Below, piece by piece: positions 40,352 to 49,412 of a stretch of DNA of 64,000 bases. Numbering within the stretch: the stretch's first letter is position 1; every line of letters begins with the position of its first letter. The position numbers were made by a program, and so were the translations under genes. The notes beneath the pieces were generated by a model that searched no databases, was not told where the DNA came from, and worked only from the letters and a program-made list of their open reading frames with translations. The stretch is from Nitrospirota bacterium (GTDB taxonomy: Bacteria > Nitrospirota > UBA9217): assembly GCA_963840455.1 (NCBI GenBank), contig CAWIYV010000014.1, forward strand, positions 533,469 to 597,468, written 5' to 3'.

Positions 40352-40495
40352 GGTGTTCCTGTGTTTACCGCACCGGCTGCGGAGAGGGCCGCGCGGCCGT
40401 GGAGCCCGAGGAGCGGAAGAACGGGAGCAGGGGTCCGCTGCAGGAGCAGTCCCCAGATATGGTTCATCATTTTTCGGTCTCCCCAGATCGGCCTG

Positions 40496-41278
40496 TTACG
40501 GGACCTTCTTCGGCGGTCCCGTGGAAATGGGGATGGACTTTGTCTGCGGAGCCGCGCTTCCAGCGGTCACGGTCGGCGTTGACTTTGCTGGGGGCGCGGG
40601 TTTCGTCTCCTGCTTCGGCGCGGGCGTCTCCATTGACGCCATCGCGGGTGACGAGATTACGATGACCGTCTTCTTCGCCTTGATCTTAAAGCCGCGCTCG
40701 GGCAGCTTGGCCGGGTAGGAGGAGGCCACGAGCGTTTCGTCGGCCACTCCGTTCTTAACGAGATATTTAACCAGTTCCAGAGTACGACCGGATGCCAGGG
40801 TCCGTGCGTCCTTGGCCGGAACCCTTTTCCGTCCCTTCCCCTGTGCAGGTGCTGGCATCGTTGTGTTGCCGACAAAGATATCCTTATCCTTGACGTCCTT
40901 CAGGAGCGATGCAAGGTTGGCGAGGGACTGCTGGCTGTCTTTGGCAAAGGTCACGGAGTTGGGGGTATACAGGGCCGTTTCCGTGATATTGATCACAATG
41001 CGGTTGCCGGCTACGACCACCTCGGCCTTGCCGTCTGAGATCTCCTTGCTCAGGCCGGCTCTCAGCTTTTCCGCGGTTGGTCCGGTCCATCCGGACTCCA
41101 GCTTTTCCCGTTCCTTGTATTTTCCCAATTCCTTCCGTGCTTTGTCGAATTCAGGCTGGCCAGCCTTGAGCTTCTCATAATCGACGGCCATGGGTTTGTA
41201 TATAGACAGGAAAAAATAGGCCCCGCTGGCCAGGGTGACGACCAGCAGCCCGATCAGGATGTAGGTTGCGATCTTCAT
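40496..41278 (-). CDS. MotB/OmpA-like membrane protein (degenerate)
   Basis: TM plus coil; LSKEISDGKAEV...IVINI...LY...; IFVGNT; LASGR...VKYL..NGV; Pro-rich tail. Confidence 0.55.
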   Translation of the reverse strand: MKIATYILIGLLVVTLASGAYFFLSIYKPMAVDYEKLKAGQPEFDKARKELGKYKEREKLESGWTGPTAEKLRAGLSKEISDGKAEVVVAGNRIVINITETALYTPNSVTFAKDSQQSLANLASLLKDVKDKDIFVGNTTMPAPAQGKGRKRVPAKDARTLASGRTLELVKYLVKNGVADETLVASSYPAKLPERGFKIKAKKTVIVISSPAMASMETPAPKQETKPAPPAKSTPTVTAGSAAPQTKSIPISTGPPKKVP

Positions 41279-41375
41279 GCTTCCTCCTTGCATGGATGCA
41301 GATGGCAGATTGTCGGACAACGGTCTGGAGCAGGATGCTGTCCGTTCCCTGTAGTCAGGGAGCGGCCGTTTGATG

Positions 41376-42575
41376 TTACCGCAGCGCTTTCACCGCTGCT
41401 TCGATGCGGTCCAGGCCCTTCGTGATGTTCTCCATAGACGTGGCATAGGAGAGCCGGATATAGGCGTCAGCGCCGAAGGAATCTCCCGACACGAGCGCCG
41501 CCTTCGCTGACTCCAGCAGGTATGCCGCAAGGTCCGCGGAGTTCTTGATCGTCTTCCCGCCAAATGACTTTCCGTAGAGCTTAGCAACATTGGGGAATGC
41601 ATAGAAAGCGCCGACAGGCATGAGGCAGGATATCCCCTCCATGGCGTTCAAGCGCCCCACCATGTATTTCCTGCGCTTGTCGAACTCGGCGTTCATCACG
41701 GGGATGAAGTCCTGGGGCCCGCGGAGCGCTTCGAGGGCAGCTTTCTGTGAGATGGATGCAGGGTTCGACGTGCTCTGGCTCTGGATGTTGGCCATGGCCG
41801 TGATGACGTCCTTGGGTCCGGCCGCGAAACCGATGCGCCAGCCGGTCATGGCATGGGACTTGGACACGCCGTTCACCACGATGGTGAGGTCCTTGATCTC
41901 CGGGCCGAGGGACGCGATGCTGTAATGTTTGAAGCCGTCATAGACAAGCTTTTCGTAGATCTCATCGGAGATCACATAGATCTTGTGCTTCACGGCCACA
42001 GCCGCGATCTCTTCCAGGGTCGCTCTGTCGTAGGCCAGGCCGGTGGGGTTCGAAGGACTGTTCAGCACGATTGCCTTGGTCCTCTTCGTGACGGCCTTCT
42101 CCAGCTTCGCCGCCGATATCCGGAACCCTTCCTGCTCTGTGGTCTCGACGATGACCGGTTTCGCGTCATTGAGCAGGACCTGGTCCGGATAGGAGACCCA
42201 GTACGGCGAGGGGATGATTACTTCGTCGCCGGGATCGAAGACGGCCTCGGCGATGTTGTAGAGACTGTGCTTGGCGCCGCAGGAGACGAGCACCTGGGAC
42301 TTCTCATAGACGAGCCCGTTGTCCTTCTTGAACTTCTCGACGACCGCTTCCTTGAGCTCGTCGGTCCCGCCGGCCGGCGTGTACTTGGTGAATCCCGACT
42401 GGATCGCTTTGATGCCGGCCTGCTTTACGTTCTCAGGGGTGTCGAAGTCAGGTTCTCCGACACCGAAATCAACGACATCGATGCCCTGCGCCTTCATGGC
42501 CTTGGCCTTTGCGGCCATGGCCAGGGTGGGTGACGGTTTGATCGCCTGTGCCCGTTTTGCAATTCCGATCGCCAT
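41376..42575 (-). CDS. Class I PLP aminotransferase (aspartate aminotransferase-like)
   Basis: GEPDF, NSPSNPTG, SDEIY, GVSKSHAMTGWRIG, GAFY. Confidence 0.93.
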   Translation of the reverse strand: MAIGIAKRAQAIKPSPTLAMAAKAKAMKAQGIDVVDFGVGEPDFDTPENVKQAGIKAIQSGFTKYTPAGGTDELKEAVVEKFKKDNGLVYEKSQVLVSCGAKHSLYNIAEAVFDPGDEVIIPSPYWVSYPDQVLLNDAKPVIVETTEQEGFRISAAKLEKAVTKRTKAIVLNSPSNPTGLAYDRATLEEIAAVAVKHKIYVISDEIYEKLVYDGFKHYSIASLGPEIKDLTIVVNGVSKSHAMTGWRIGFAAGPKDVITAMANIQSQSTSNPASISQKAALEALRGPQDFIPVMNAEFDKRRKYMVGRLNAMEGISCLMPVGAFYAFPNVAKLYGKSFGGKTIKNSADLAAYLLESAKAALVSGDSFGADAYIRLSYATSMENITKGLDRIEAAVKALR

Positions 42576-42813
42576 TGGTGGCAAGACCCTTTCTTACTAC
42601 GGAATGGTTTGAAATTTCTCCGTTTTTATCATAGAGGAGCATCAAAGTCAAATGGTTTCTCAATGCCCTGCGTTGTCATTGTATTCCTTGGACCTGAAGA
42701 GCGCTCATACCGGGGCGTACCTCCGCAAAACCAGCGTCTTAACCTGTCCCTTGCGAGGCGGTCGATCGGCCGCGCTCTTGCAAATTCACCGCGAATCGGT
42801 TAAAGTCCCCTGC

Positions 42814-44028
42814 ATGACCGAACCGTCCCTCCCATCCGCATACGGCTGGCGCCGGGGCCTCACGCGGAACGTGGTCATCCTGGGCTTTGTGAGCTTCCTG
42901 AACGACGCGGCCTCCGAGATGATCTATCCACTGCTCCCTGTGTTCCTCACGTCGGTGCTTGGCGCGGGGCCGGCTGCCGTGGGTGTGATCGAGGGCATCG
43001 CCGAGTCCGCGGCATCGTTCCTGAAGCTCTTCTCCGGCTACCTCTCCGATAGGGTGAGGCGCCGCAAGGGCTGGGTGGTGGCCGGGTACACGATCTCCAA
43101 TATCATCCGTCCGCTCATCGCCGTTGCCGGGTCATGGGTGCAGGTGCTGGCGCTCCGCTTCTTGGACCGCGTGGGCAAGGGGCTCAGGACATCACCCCGC
43201 GACGCCATGATCGCAGATTCGACGCCGCCCGAGTTCCGGGGCACGGCCTATGGATTCCACCGTGCCATGGACCACGGCGGCGCCATCGTCGGGCCGCTCC
43301 TTGCCACGGGTCTGCTTCTCCTGTTCCATGACCGTATTGCCACGGTCTTCCTGCTGTCGTTCATCCCCGGGACCCTGGCGGTCCTTCTGCTGCTCGCAGG
43401 ATTGAGAGAGCGCGAGGTTGTCGTGCGCACGGGGGGAAGCGGGTTCAATGTGCAATCGGCCTGGGCTGAGATGCCGGCGGATTTCCGGAAGTATCTGGCG
43501 ATCAGCTTGGTCTTCACCCTGGGGAATTCCTCGGACGCGTTCCTGCTCCTGCGCGCCCAGGCACTGGGAGTGCCGATCACGCTCCTGCCGGCCATCTGGG
43601 TGGCTCTCCATGTGGTCAAGATGGCGGTCTCGGTACCCGGCGGTATGCTGTCGGACCGCTTGGGCCGCAAGACGATCATCGTTGCCGGGTGGGTGGTATA
43701 CGCATTGGTTTACGGCGGGTTCGCTTTCGCGGACCGAAACTGGCATGCCTGGGCGCTCTTCGCGGTCTACGGTATCTATTTCGGCCTGACCGAGGGGGTG
43801 GAAAAGGCCCTGGTCGCCGATCTCGCCCCTGCCCATCTCCGGGGCTCCGCCTTCGGCCTGTACCATCTGGCCGTCGGTTTCGGCGCGCTCCCGGCGTCGC
43901 TGCTGTTCGGCCTGGTATGGGAGCGGCTCGGTGTTGCTGCTGCCTTCGGTATGGGCGCCGGCCTCGCGCTTCTGTCGAGCGTGATGCTGGCGGTCTTGAG
44001 CGTGAAGCGACCGCTGAACAACGGTTAA
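42814..44028 (+). CDS. MFS transporter
   Basis: DAASEMIYP, DRVGKG.RT.PRDA, GNSSD.F, SDRLGRK. Confidence 0.9.
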   Translation: MTEPSLPSAYGWRRGLTRNVVILGFVSFLNDAASEMIYPLLPVFLTSVLGAGPAAVGVIEGIAESAASFLKLFSGYLSDRVRRRKGWVVAGYTISNIIRPLIAVAGSWVQVLALRFLDRVGKGLRTSPRDAMIADSTPPEFRGTAYGFHRAMDHGGAIVGPLLATGLLLLFHDRIATVFLLSFIPGTLAVLLLLAGLREREVVVRTGGSGFNVQSAWAEMPADFRKYLAISLVFTLGNSSDAFLLLRAQALGVPITLLPAIWVALHVVKMAVSVPGGMLSDRLGRKTIIVAGWVVYALVYGGFAFADRNWHAWALFAVYGIYFGLTEGVEKALVADLAPAHLRGSAFGLYHLAVGFGALPASLLFGLVWERLGVAAAFGMGAGLALLSSVMLAVLSVKRPLNNG

Positions 44029-44243
44029 CGGACAATACTTCAAGACAATTGTAAGAGTGCAACACCAGGGAGCCGCGAAGGATACGCAGAAATGATTTAC
44101 GATTTGACGTCGGTTTCCTTCGCGCTCCTAGCGATTTGGCGGTACAGGGTTTTGCTTTTAATATCCTGAAAAACCTGACTCAAGAGTAAGATGTTGGTCT
44201 GTAAAATCACTGAACGGGGAAGGAACCTCGGAAAGGAAAGATC

Positions 44244-44843
44244 ATGGCAGTCTATACCATCGCGATCACCGGAGCCAGCGGGGCACCCTACGGTATGCGG
44301 GTCCTTGAATCCCTCATCAAGGGAGGGCACCATGTCTATCTTACCATCACGGGTGATGGTCTGCACATCCTGAACGACGAGATGGGGCTGATGCTCAAAG
44401 GATCGGAGACGGACATCCAGTTCGCCCTGGAGAAGCACCTCGCTGCAAAGGAAGGGCAGCTGCGGTACTTCGACGAGGACAACATGTATGCGCCCATTGC
44501 CAGCGGCTCGGCGAAAGTGGACGGCATGGTGGTGATCCCGTGCTCCATGAAGACCTTGTCGTCCATCGCGAACGGATTTGCGTCAAACCTCATCGAACGC
44601 GCCGCGGACGTGACCATCAAGGAGAAGAGGAAACTCATCATCGTGCCGCGGGAGACGCCGCTTTCAACGATACATCTCCGGAACCTGCTTGCCCTCTCCG
44701 AGACCGGCTGCCACATCATCCCGGCCATGCCGGCGTTCTATCACCATCCCAAGAAACTCCAGGATATGATCGACTTCCTCGCCGGAAGGGTGTTGGACGC
44801 GTTGGGTGTGGAGAACGACCTGTCGCCGAGGTGGGGTGTGTAA
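44244..44843 (+). CDS. ubiX: Flavin prenyltransferase
   Basis: TGASGA, ASGS, PCSMKTL, RAADV..KE.R, RETP, PAMPAFY. Confidence 0.93.
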   Translation: MAVYTIAITGASGAPYGMRVLESLIKGGHHVYLTITGDGLHILNDEMGLMLKGSETDIQFALEKHLAAKEGQLRYFDEDNMYAPIASGSAKVDGMVVIPCSMKTLSSIANGFASNLIERAADVTIKEKRKLIIVPRETPLSTIHLRNLLALSETGCHIIPAMPAFYHHPKKLQDMIDFLAGRVLDALGVENDLSPRWGV

Positions 44844-44921
44844 CGGCGGTTCCTGATTCAATATTCAAGGGAAACAGTTCGTTGCATATTGAATCTTCAA
44901 TCTTGAATTTTGAATTGTCCT

Positions 44922-45377
44922 TTACGCACTATGCTCCGTCCCGCCGCCTTCCTCGAGGTTCTTCATCCAGTTGTCGAGAGTGGACTGGTCCTGCTTGGCA
45001 AGGACCTCATCCTGGACGAAGATGGGCGCACCGACCCGGATCGCGATTGCGATGGCGTCGCTGGGGCGGGAATCGATATGGAACTCCTTGTTGTTGTGAA
45101 GGAGATAGAGCGAAGCATAGAACGTGTTGTCGATGAGGTCGCTCACCACGACGCGGGCAATCTCTATCTCGAGCCGGTCGAAGATGCTGATGATAAGGTC
45201 GTGGGTGAGCGGCCGACCGGCCTTCATATTGCTCATGGCCAGTGCTATTGAGTTCCCCTCCGCCGCTCCGATCCAGATAGGCAGGATCTTCTTGCCCGTC
45301 TCATCCTTCAGAACGACGATATAGCTGCTGTTCTTGCTGTCGAACAGGACCGTATTAACGTTCATCTGTATCCACAT
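44922..45377 (-). CDS. Bifunctional nuclease domain protein (DUF151)
   Basis: LPIWIG..E..SI, RPLTHDL, DSRPSDAIA.A. Confidence 0.92.
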   Translation of the reverse strand: MWIQMNVNTVLFDSKNSSYIVVLKDETGKKILPIWIGAAEGNSIALAMSNMKAGRPLTHDLIISIFDRLEIEIARVVVSDLIDNTFYASLYLLHNNKEFHIDSRPSDAIAIAIRVGAPIFVQDEVLAKQDQSTLDNWMKNLEEGGGTEHSA

Positions 45378-45459
45378 ATACGCGCCCGCCTTGGAATTAT
45401 CATACCACAGTACCCCGCCGTAGTAAATCCCGTTCATTCTTCGGCGTTCCCGGAATAAT

Positions 45460-45490
45460 ACTTGACAGATTTAGTCAAGTTTGTTATCGT
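45460..45490 (+). promoter_or_regulatory. IscR type-1-like operator overlapping a sigma70 promoter
   Basis: Palindrome ACTTGAC-agattta-GTCAAGT; TTGACA-17 bp-TATCGT. Confidence 0.7.
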
Positions 45491-45532
45491 GAAGGCATAC
45501 GGGACGGTAAGGGTCCCGCATAGGATGCTGCC

Positions 45533-46009
45533 ATGAAACTTTCGACAAAAGGGAAATACGGGGTACGCGCCTTGTTCGAGATAGCCCGAAATTACGGAAA
45601 GGGGCCGCTTGCGATCAGGGAGATTGCCGGACGGCAGCAGATATCGCTTTCCTATCTGGAGCAGATCCTTCACCGGCTCGGCAAGGCCGGCATCATCGAA
45701 GGCGTACGCGGACCCCACGGAGGTTATGAACTGGCGCGAAAACCCATGGACCTCACGATTGGCGACGTGGTGCGGGCGCTGGAAGGCCCGATCGCGCTTT
45801 CTCACTGCCTCGAGCCCGGCGTCGCCGGCGGCTGCTATCAAGCCGACGACTGCGTCGCCCGGATGGTCTGGAGCAGGGTGGGCGAAAAGATAGAAGAGGC
45901 GCTGGACAGTATCACCTTTGAGCAGCTTCTCCGCCAGTACCCCGGCAAGGACCGGGAGCATCCGGCCCCAAGGAAAAAGACCGCAGCGGCAGGAAAGGGG
46001 GTCTGTTAA
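45533..46009 (+). CDS. Rrf2 family transcriptional regulator (IscR-like)
   Basis: LSTKGKYG, YLEQI, RGPHGGY, three Cys (HCL...GC....DC). Confidence 0.9.
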   Translation: MKLSTKGKYGVRALFEIARNYGKGPLAIREIAGRQQISLSYLEQILHRLGKAGIIEGVRGPHGGYELARKPMDLTIGDVVRALEGPIALSHCLEPGVAGGCYQADDCVARMVWSRVGEKIEEALDSITFEQLLRQYPGKDREHPAPRKKTAAAGKGVC

Positions 46010-46011
46010 AC

Positions 46012-47190
46012 ATGAGAACGGTATATCTGGACCACGCGGCGACCACGCCGGCGCACCCCACGGTCGTGGAAGCCATGATGCCCTATTTTAGCGACAAGTT
46101 CGGCAACCCCTCCAACCTGCATGACATGGGACGTGAGGCGAAGAACGCGGTGGAGGAGGCACGGGCCCGTACAGCGGCGCTCATCAACGCACAGCCCGAG
46201 GAGGTGTTCTTCACCTCCAGCGGTACCGAGTCCAACAATTTCGCTATCAAGGGGCTGGCGCAGGCCAATAGTCAGAAGGGGAACCATATCATCGTTTCCC
46301 AGGTAGAGCATTTTTCCATTCTCCATCCCGTAAAGACCCTGGAAAAGTCGGGTTTCAAGGTCACCCAGATAGCGCCGGACAAGCAGGGACTCATCGACCC
46401 CGCAGATGTTGCGAAGGCCATAACGAAGGAAACGATACTGGTCTCAATCATGCACGCGAACAATGAGATCGGAACTTTGCAGCCGATCGAAGAGATCGGG
46501 AAGACAACCCGCGAGAAGGGCGTCCTGTTCCATACCGACGCCGTGGCCTCCGTGGGATGGGTGCCGGTGGACGTGATGGCGCTGGGGGTCGATGCTCTGT
46601 CGCTCTCAGGCCACCAGTTCTATGGTCCCAAGGGCGCGGCAGCGCTCTACGTGCGCAAAGGGGTGCGGATCAAACCGCAGATCGAGGGTGGCGTCCAGGA
46701 GGACGGGAGGCGCGGAGGCACGGAGAATGTGCCCGCCCTTGTCGGCCTGGGCAAGGCCGCTGAGCTCGCGCAGGCGGAGATCCATAGTCGCATGAGCTAC
46801 CTTACCCCCCTGCGTGACAAACTGCTCGCGGGCCTGAACAGCAGGATATCCGACATGATCGTGAACGGCCATCCGACCCGCCGGCTGCCGCACAATATCA
46901 ACGTGTCATTCCTGTTCGTCGAAGGGGAGTCCATGCTGCTGTTCCTGAACATGGAAGGCATCTATGTGTCGAGCGGATCGGCCTGCACGTCCCGCTCTCT
47001 TAAATCGTCGCACGTGCTCTCCTGCATCGGCACGGACGCAGCTGCGGCCAACGGCACGCTGCTGCTCACGATCGGCATGGGCACCAGCGCCGAGGACGTG
47101 GACTATGTCCTGGACAAGCTGCCCCCCATTGTTCAGCGGCTGCGGGAGATGTCCCCGCTCTATGAGGATATGATCAAGAACAGGAGATAG
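46012..47190 (+). CDS. iscS: IscS/NifS-family protein with non-canonical PLP site
   Basis: DHAATTP, GNPS, SGTESNN, NNEIGT, SSGSACTS; but SGHQFYGPKG and DAVAS in place of HK and DAxQ. Confidence 0.85.
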   Translation: MRTVYLDHAATTPAHPTVVEAMMPYFSDKFGNPSNLHDMGREAKNAVEEARARTAALINAQPEEVFFTSSGTESNNFAIKGLAQANSQKGNHIIVSQVEHFSILHPVKTLEKSGFKVTQIAPDKQGLIDPADVAKAITKETILVSIMHANNEIGTLQPIEEIGKTTREKGVLFHTDAVASVGWVPVDVMALGVDALSLSGHQFYGPKGAAALYVRKGVRIKPQIEGGVQEDGRRGGTENVPALVGLGKAAELAQAEIHSRMSYLTPLRDKLLAGLNSRISDMIVNGHPTRRLPHNINVSFLFVEGESMLLFLNMEGIYVSSGSACTSRSLKSSHVLSCIGTDAAAANGTLLLTIGMGTSAEDVDYVLDKLPPIVQRLREMSPLYEDMIKNRR

Positions 47191-47206
47191 ACCTGAGGAG
47201 GGACCT

Positions 47207-47635
47207 ATGGAACAGTACAGCTCAAAAGTGATGGAGCATTTCGCCAAGCCCCATAATGTCGGCGAGATCGAGAACGCTGACGGCGTGGGCACCGTCGGCA
47301 ACCCGGTGTGCGGCGATGTGATGCGGCTCTACATCAAGGTGGACAACAATGTCATCACGGACGCGAAGTTCAAGACCTTCGGGTGCGGCGCTGCCATTGC
47401 GACCAGCAGCATGGTCACGGACCTGGTGAAGGGCAAGACGATCGACGAGGCGCTCAAGATCTCCAACGCAGCGGTCGCCGAGGCCCTCGGCGGGCTGCCG
47501 AAGGTGAAGATGCACTGCTCGGTCCTGGCAGAAGAGGCGCTGAAATCCGCCCTGGACGACTATTATAAGAAAAAGGGCATTGCCTCTCCGGTGAAGATGC
47601 CCGCGGAATCCGGCCACGAACACGAGATGGAGTAG
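47207..47635 (+). CDS. iscU: Fe-S scaffold protein IscU/NifU-N
   Basis: GNPVCGD, FKTFGCGAAIA, KMHCS. Confidence 0.94.
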   Translation: MEQYSSKVMEHFAKPHNVGEIENADGVGTVGNPVCGDVMRLYIKVDNNVITDAKFKTFGCGAAIATSSMVTDLVKGKTIDEALKISNAAVAEALGGLPKVKMHCSVLAEEALKSALDDYYKKKGIASPVKMPAESGHEHEME

Positions 47636-47643
47636 CGCACGCC

Positions 47644-47886
47644 ATGGACGTCAAGGATATCAAACCGGACCAGGTGCTAGATTGCGTGGGGCTTGCCTGC
47701 CCCATGCCCATCTTCAAGACAGCGAACAAGATCATGGAGATGCAGTCGGGGCAGGTCCTTGAGGTGCAGTCAGACGACGATGGCATCGAGATGGACATGC
47801 CGGCCTGGTGCACGATGACCGGCAACGAGTACCTAGGCCTGATCAAGACCGGCGGCGAGTACCGCGTCTTCGTCAGGAAGACATAG
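47644..47886 (+). CDS. TusA/SirA family sulfur carrier
   Basis: LDCVGLACPMP, D...DMPAWC. Confidence 0.9.
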   Translation: MDVKDIKPDQVLDCVGLACPMPIFKTANKIMEMQSGQVLEVQSDDDGIEMDMPAWCTMTGNEYLGLIKTGGEYRVFVRKT

Positions 47887-47918
47887 CCGGAATCGCAGCT
47901 CGGACACGGGAGCGAACC

Positions 47919-47948
47919 AGGGCCCGGCAGAGAACTTGCCGGGCCTTT
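47919..47948 (+). terminator. Putative terminator after the tusA-like gene
   Basis: AGGGCCCGGCA-GAGAACT-TGCCGGGCCTTT. Confidence 0.65.
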
Positions 47949-48238
47949 GCTGTGCCCGGCTGAACCTCAAAACGGCATTTGACACTTATAAAATCGGTTG
48001 CGTTATGAGTCAAAGACGCTTTTCAAAAGCGATTGGGTCATATTTATTGTGAGTCAATTCGCCGTCTCCCTCAACGACGACAGAACTCCTAAATAACAAG
48101 AAGAGGAATCGTGCCTTTCACCGGCAGGCCCGGCATCCCGGGGGAAGCGCCAGATTCCTGTTGCTTTTCTTCGGGTCGCTGGGTATTATGTGCCCTGATC
48201 CAGGCTTCACCCAATTTTTAGAAGGAGGAACAGGCGGC

Positions 48239-48424
48239 ATGATCATGGTAACAGTCGATAGGAACAAGTGCGACGGCGACGGCAGCTGCGTCAACGTCTG
48301 CCCGCAGCAGGTGTTCAAGCTCGAGGGCGGCAAGGCCGATCCGGTCAACATGTCCGAGTGCATCAATTGCCAGACCTGCGTGGAGAACTGCCCGCAGACC
48401 TGCATTACCGTCACTGAGATGTAA
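48239..48424 (+). CDS. Dicluster ferredoxin
   Basis: CDGDGSC...CP and CINCQTC...CP; GGAGG RBS. Confidence 0.9.
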   Translation: MIMVTVDRNKCDGDGSCVNVCPQQVFKLEGGKADPVNMSECINCQTCVENCPQTCITVTEM

Positions 48425-48449
48425 TCAGCATCACGGAATTTACCCAATG

Positions 48450-48490
48450 AAAAAGGGGCCCGGTCATATGACCGGGCCCCTTTCTTTTTT
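48450..48490. terminator. Bidirectional terminator
   Basis: AAAAAGGGGCCCGGTCAT-ATGACCGGGCCCCTTTCTTTTTT between convergent genes. Confidence 0.88.
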
Positions 48491-48509
48491 ATGCTGGTGA
48501 CAGGGAAGA

Positions 48510-49286
48510 TCAAGCCTTATCAGCGATCTTCTTAAAAGCTGCCATGATGTCGATAGGCAGTGGGAAGACAATGGTAGTGTTTTTCTCGGTTCCGATCTCG
48601 GTGAGGGTCTGGAGATAGCGGAGCTGGAGCGCAACAGGGTCCTTGCTGATGATCGCCGCGGCCTCGCCCAGCTTGGTGGCTGCCTGGAGTTCGCCCTCGG
48701 CATGGATGATCTTCGCCCGCCGTTCCCGCTCAGCCTGGGCCTGGATGGCAATGGCCCGCTGCATCTCCGCGGGGAGGTCCACGTTCTTCACCTCAACGGC
48801 CGTGACCTTGACGCCCCACGGCTCGGTCTGGTCGTCGATCACCTTCTGGAGCTCGGCGTTGATAGCCTCGCGGTTCGAAAGCAGGTCATCCAGGGCGTTC
48901 TGTCCCAGGATGCTCCGGAGGGTCGTCTGGGCGATCTGGGACGTGGCGTAGTAGAAGTCCTCGACCTCGATGATCGCTTTGCGGGGATCGATGACCCGGA
49001 AATATACGACGGCGTTCACCTTCACGCTCACGTTGTCCTTGGTGATCACGTCCTGCGATGGAACATCCATGGTGACGGTACGCAGGCCCACGCGCACCAT
49101 CTTCTGGATGCCGGGCAGGAGGACGATGAGTCCCGGGCCTTTGACCCCGCCGTCATCGGGCACTCTCCCGAGGGTGAAAATGACGCCCCGTTCATACTGC
49201 TTCAGGATCTTGAGGGTGTTGAACAGGAACCACGCCACAATGAAGATGAAGATCATAAAACCGAGTCCATATGCCTGATAGCCCAT
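48510..49286 (-). CDS. SPFH/stomatin-like (slipin) protein
   Basis: [35 protein letters not shown]-like motif, LQLRYLQTL. Confidence 0.93.
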   Translation of the reverse strand: MGYQAYGLGFMIFIFIVAWFLFNTLKILKQYERGVIFTLGRVPDDGGVKGPGLIVLLPGIQKMVRVGLRTVTMDVPSQDVITKDNVSVKVNAVVYFRVIDPRKAIIEVEDFYYATSQIAQTTLRSILGQNALDDLLSNREAINAELQKVIDDQTEPWGVKVTAVEVKNVDLPAEMQRAIAIQAQAERERRAKIIHAEGELQAATKLGEAAAIISKDPVALQLRYLQTLTEIGTEKNTTIVFPLPIDIMAAFKKIADKA

Positions 49287-49412
49287 GTGCTGCCTCCTTA
49301 CATTAGTTTGCCGCGGATGAACATGGATCGACACGAAAAAGGAACAGACCGATGACGATTCACGAGACCATGGCTTATTTTTCAATCAGGGTGCATCCCT
49401 GTATACTCGTGA

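Noticed and set aside
48120-48155. CAGGCCCGG...GGAAGCG resembling SRP RNA helix 8
   Set aside because: No GNRA tetraloop or AGCAG internal-loop motif
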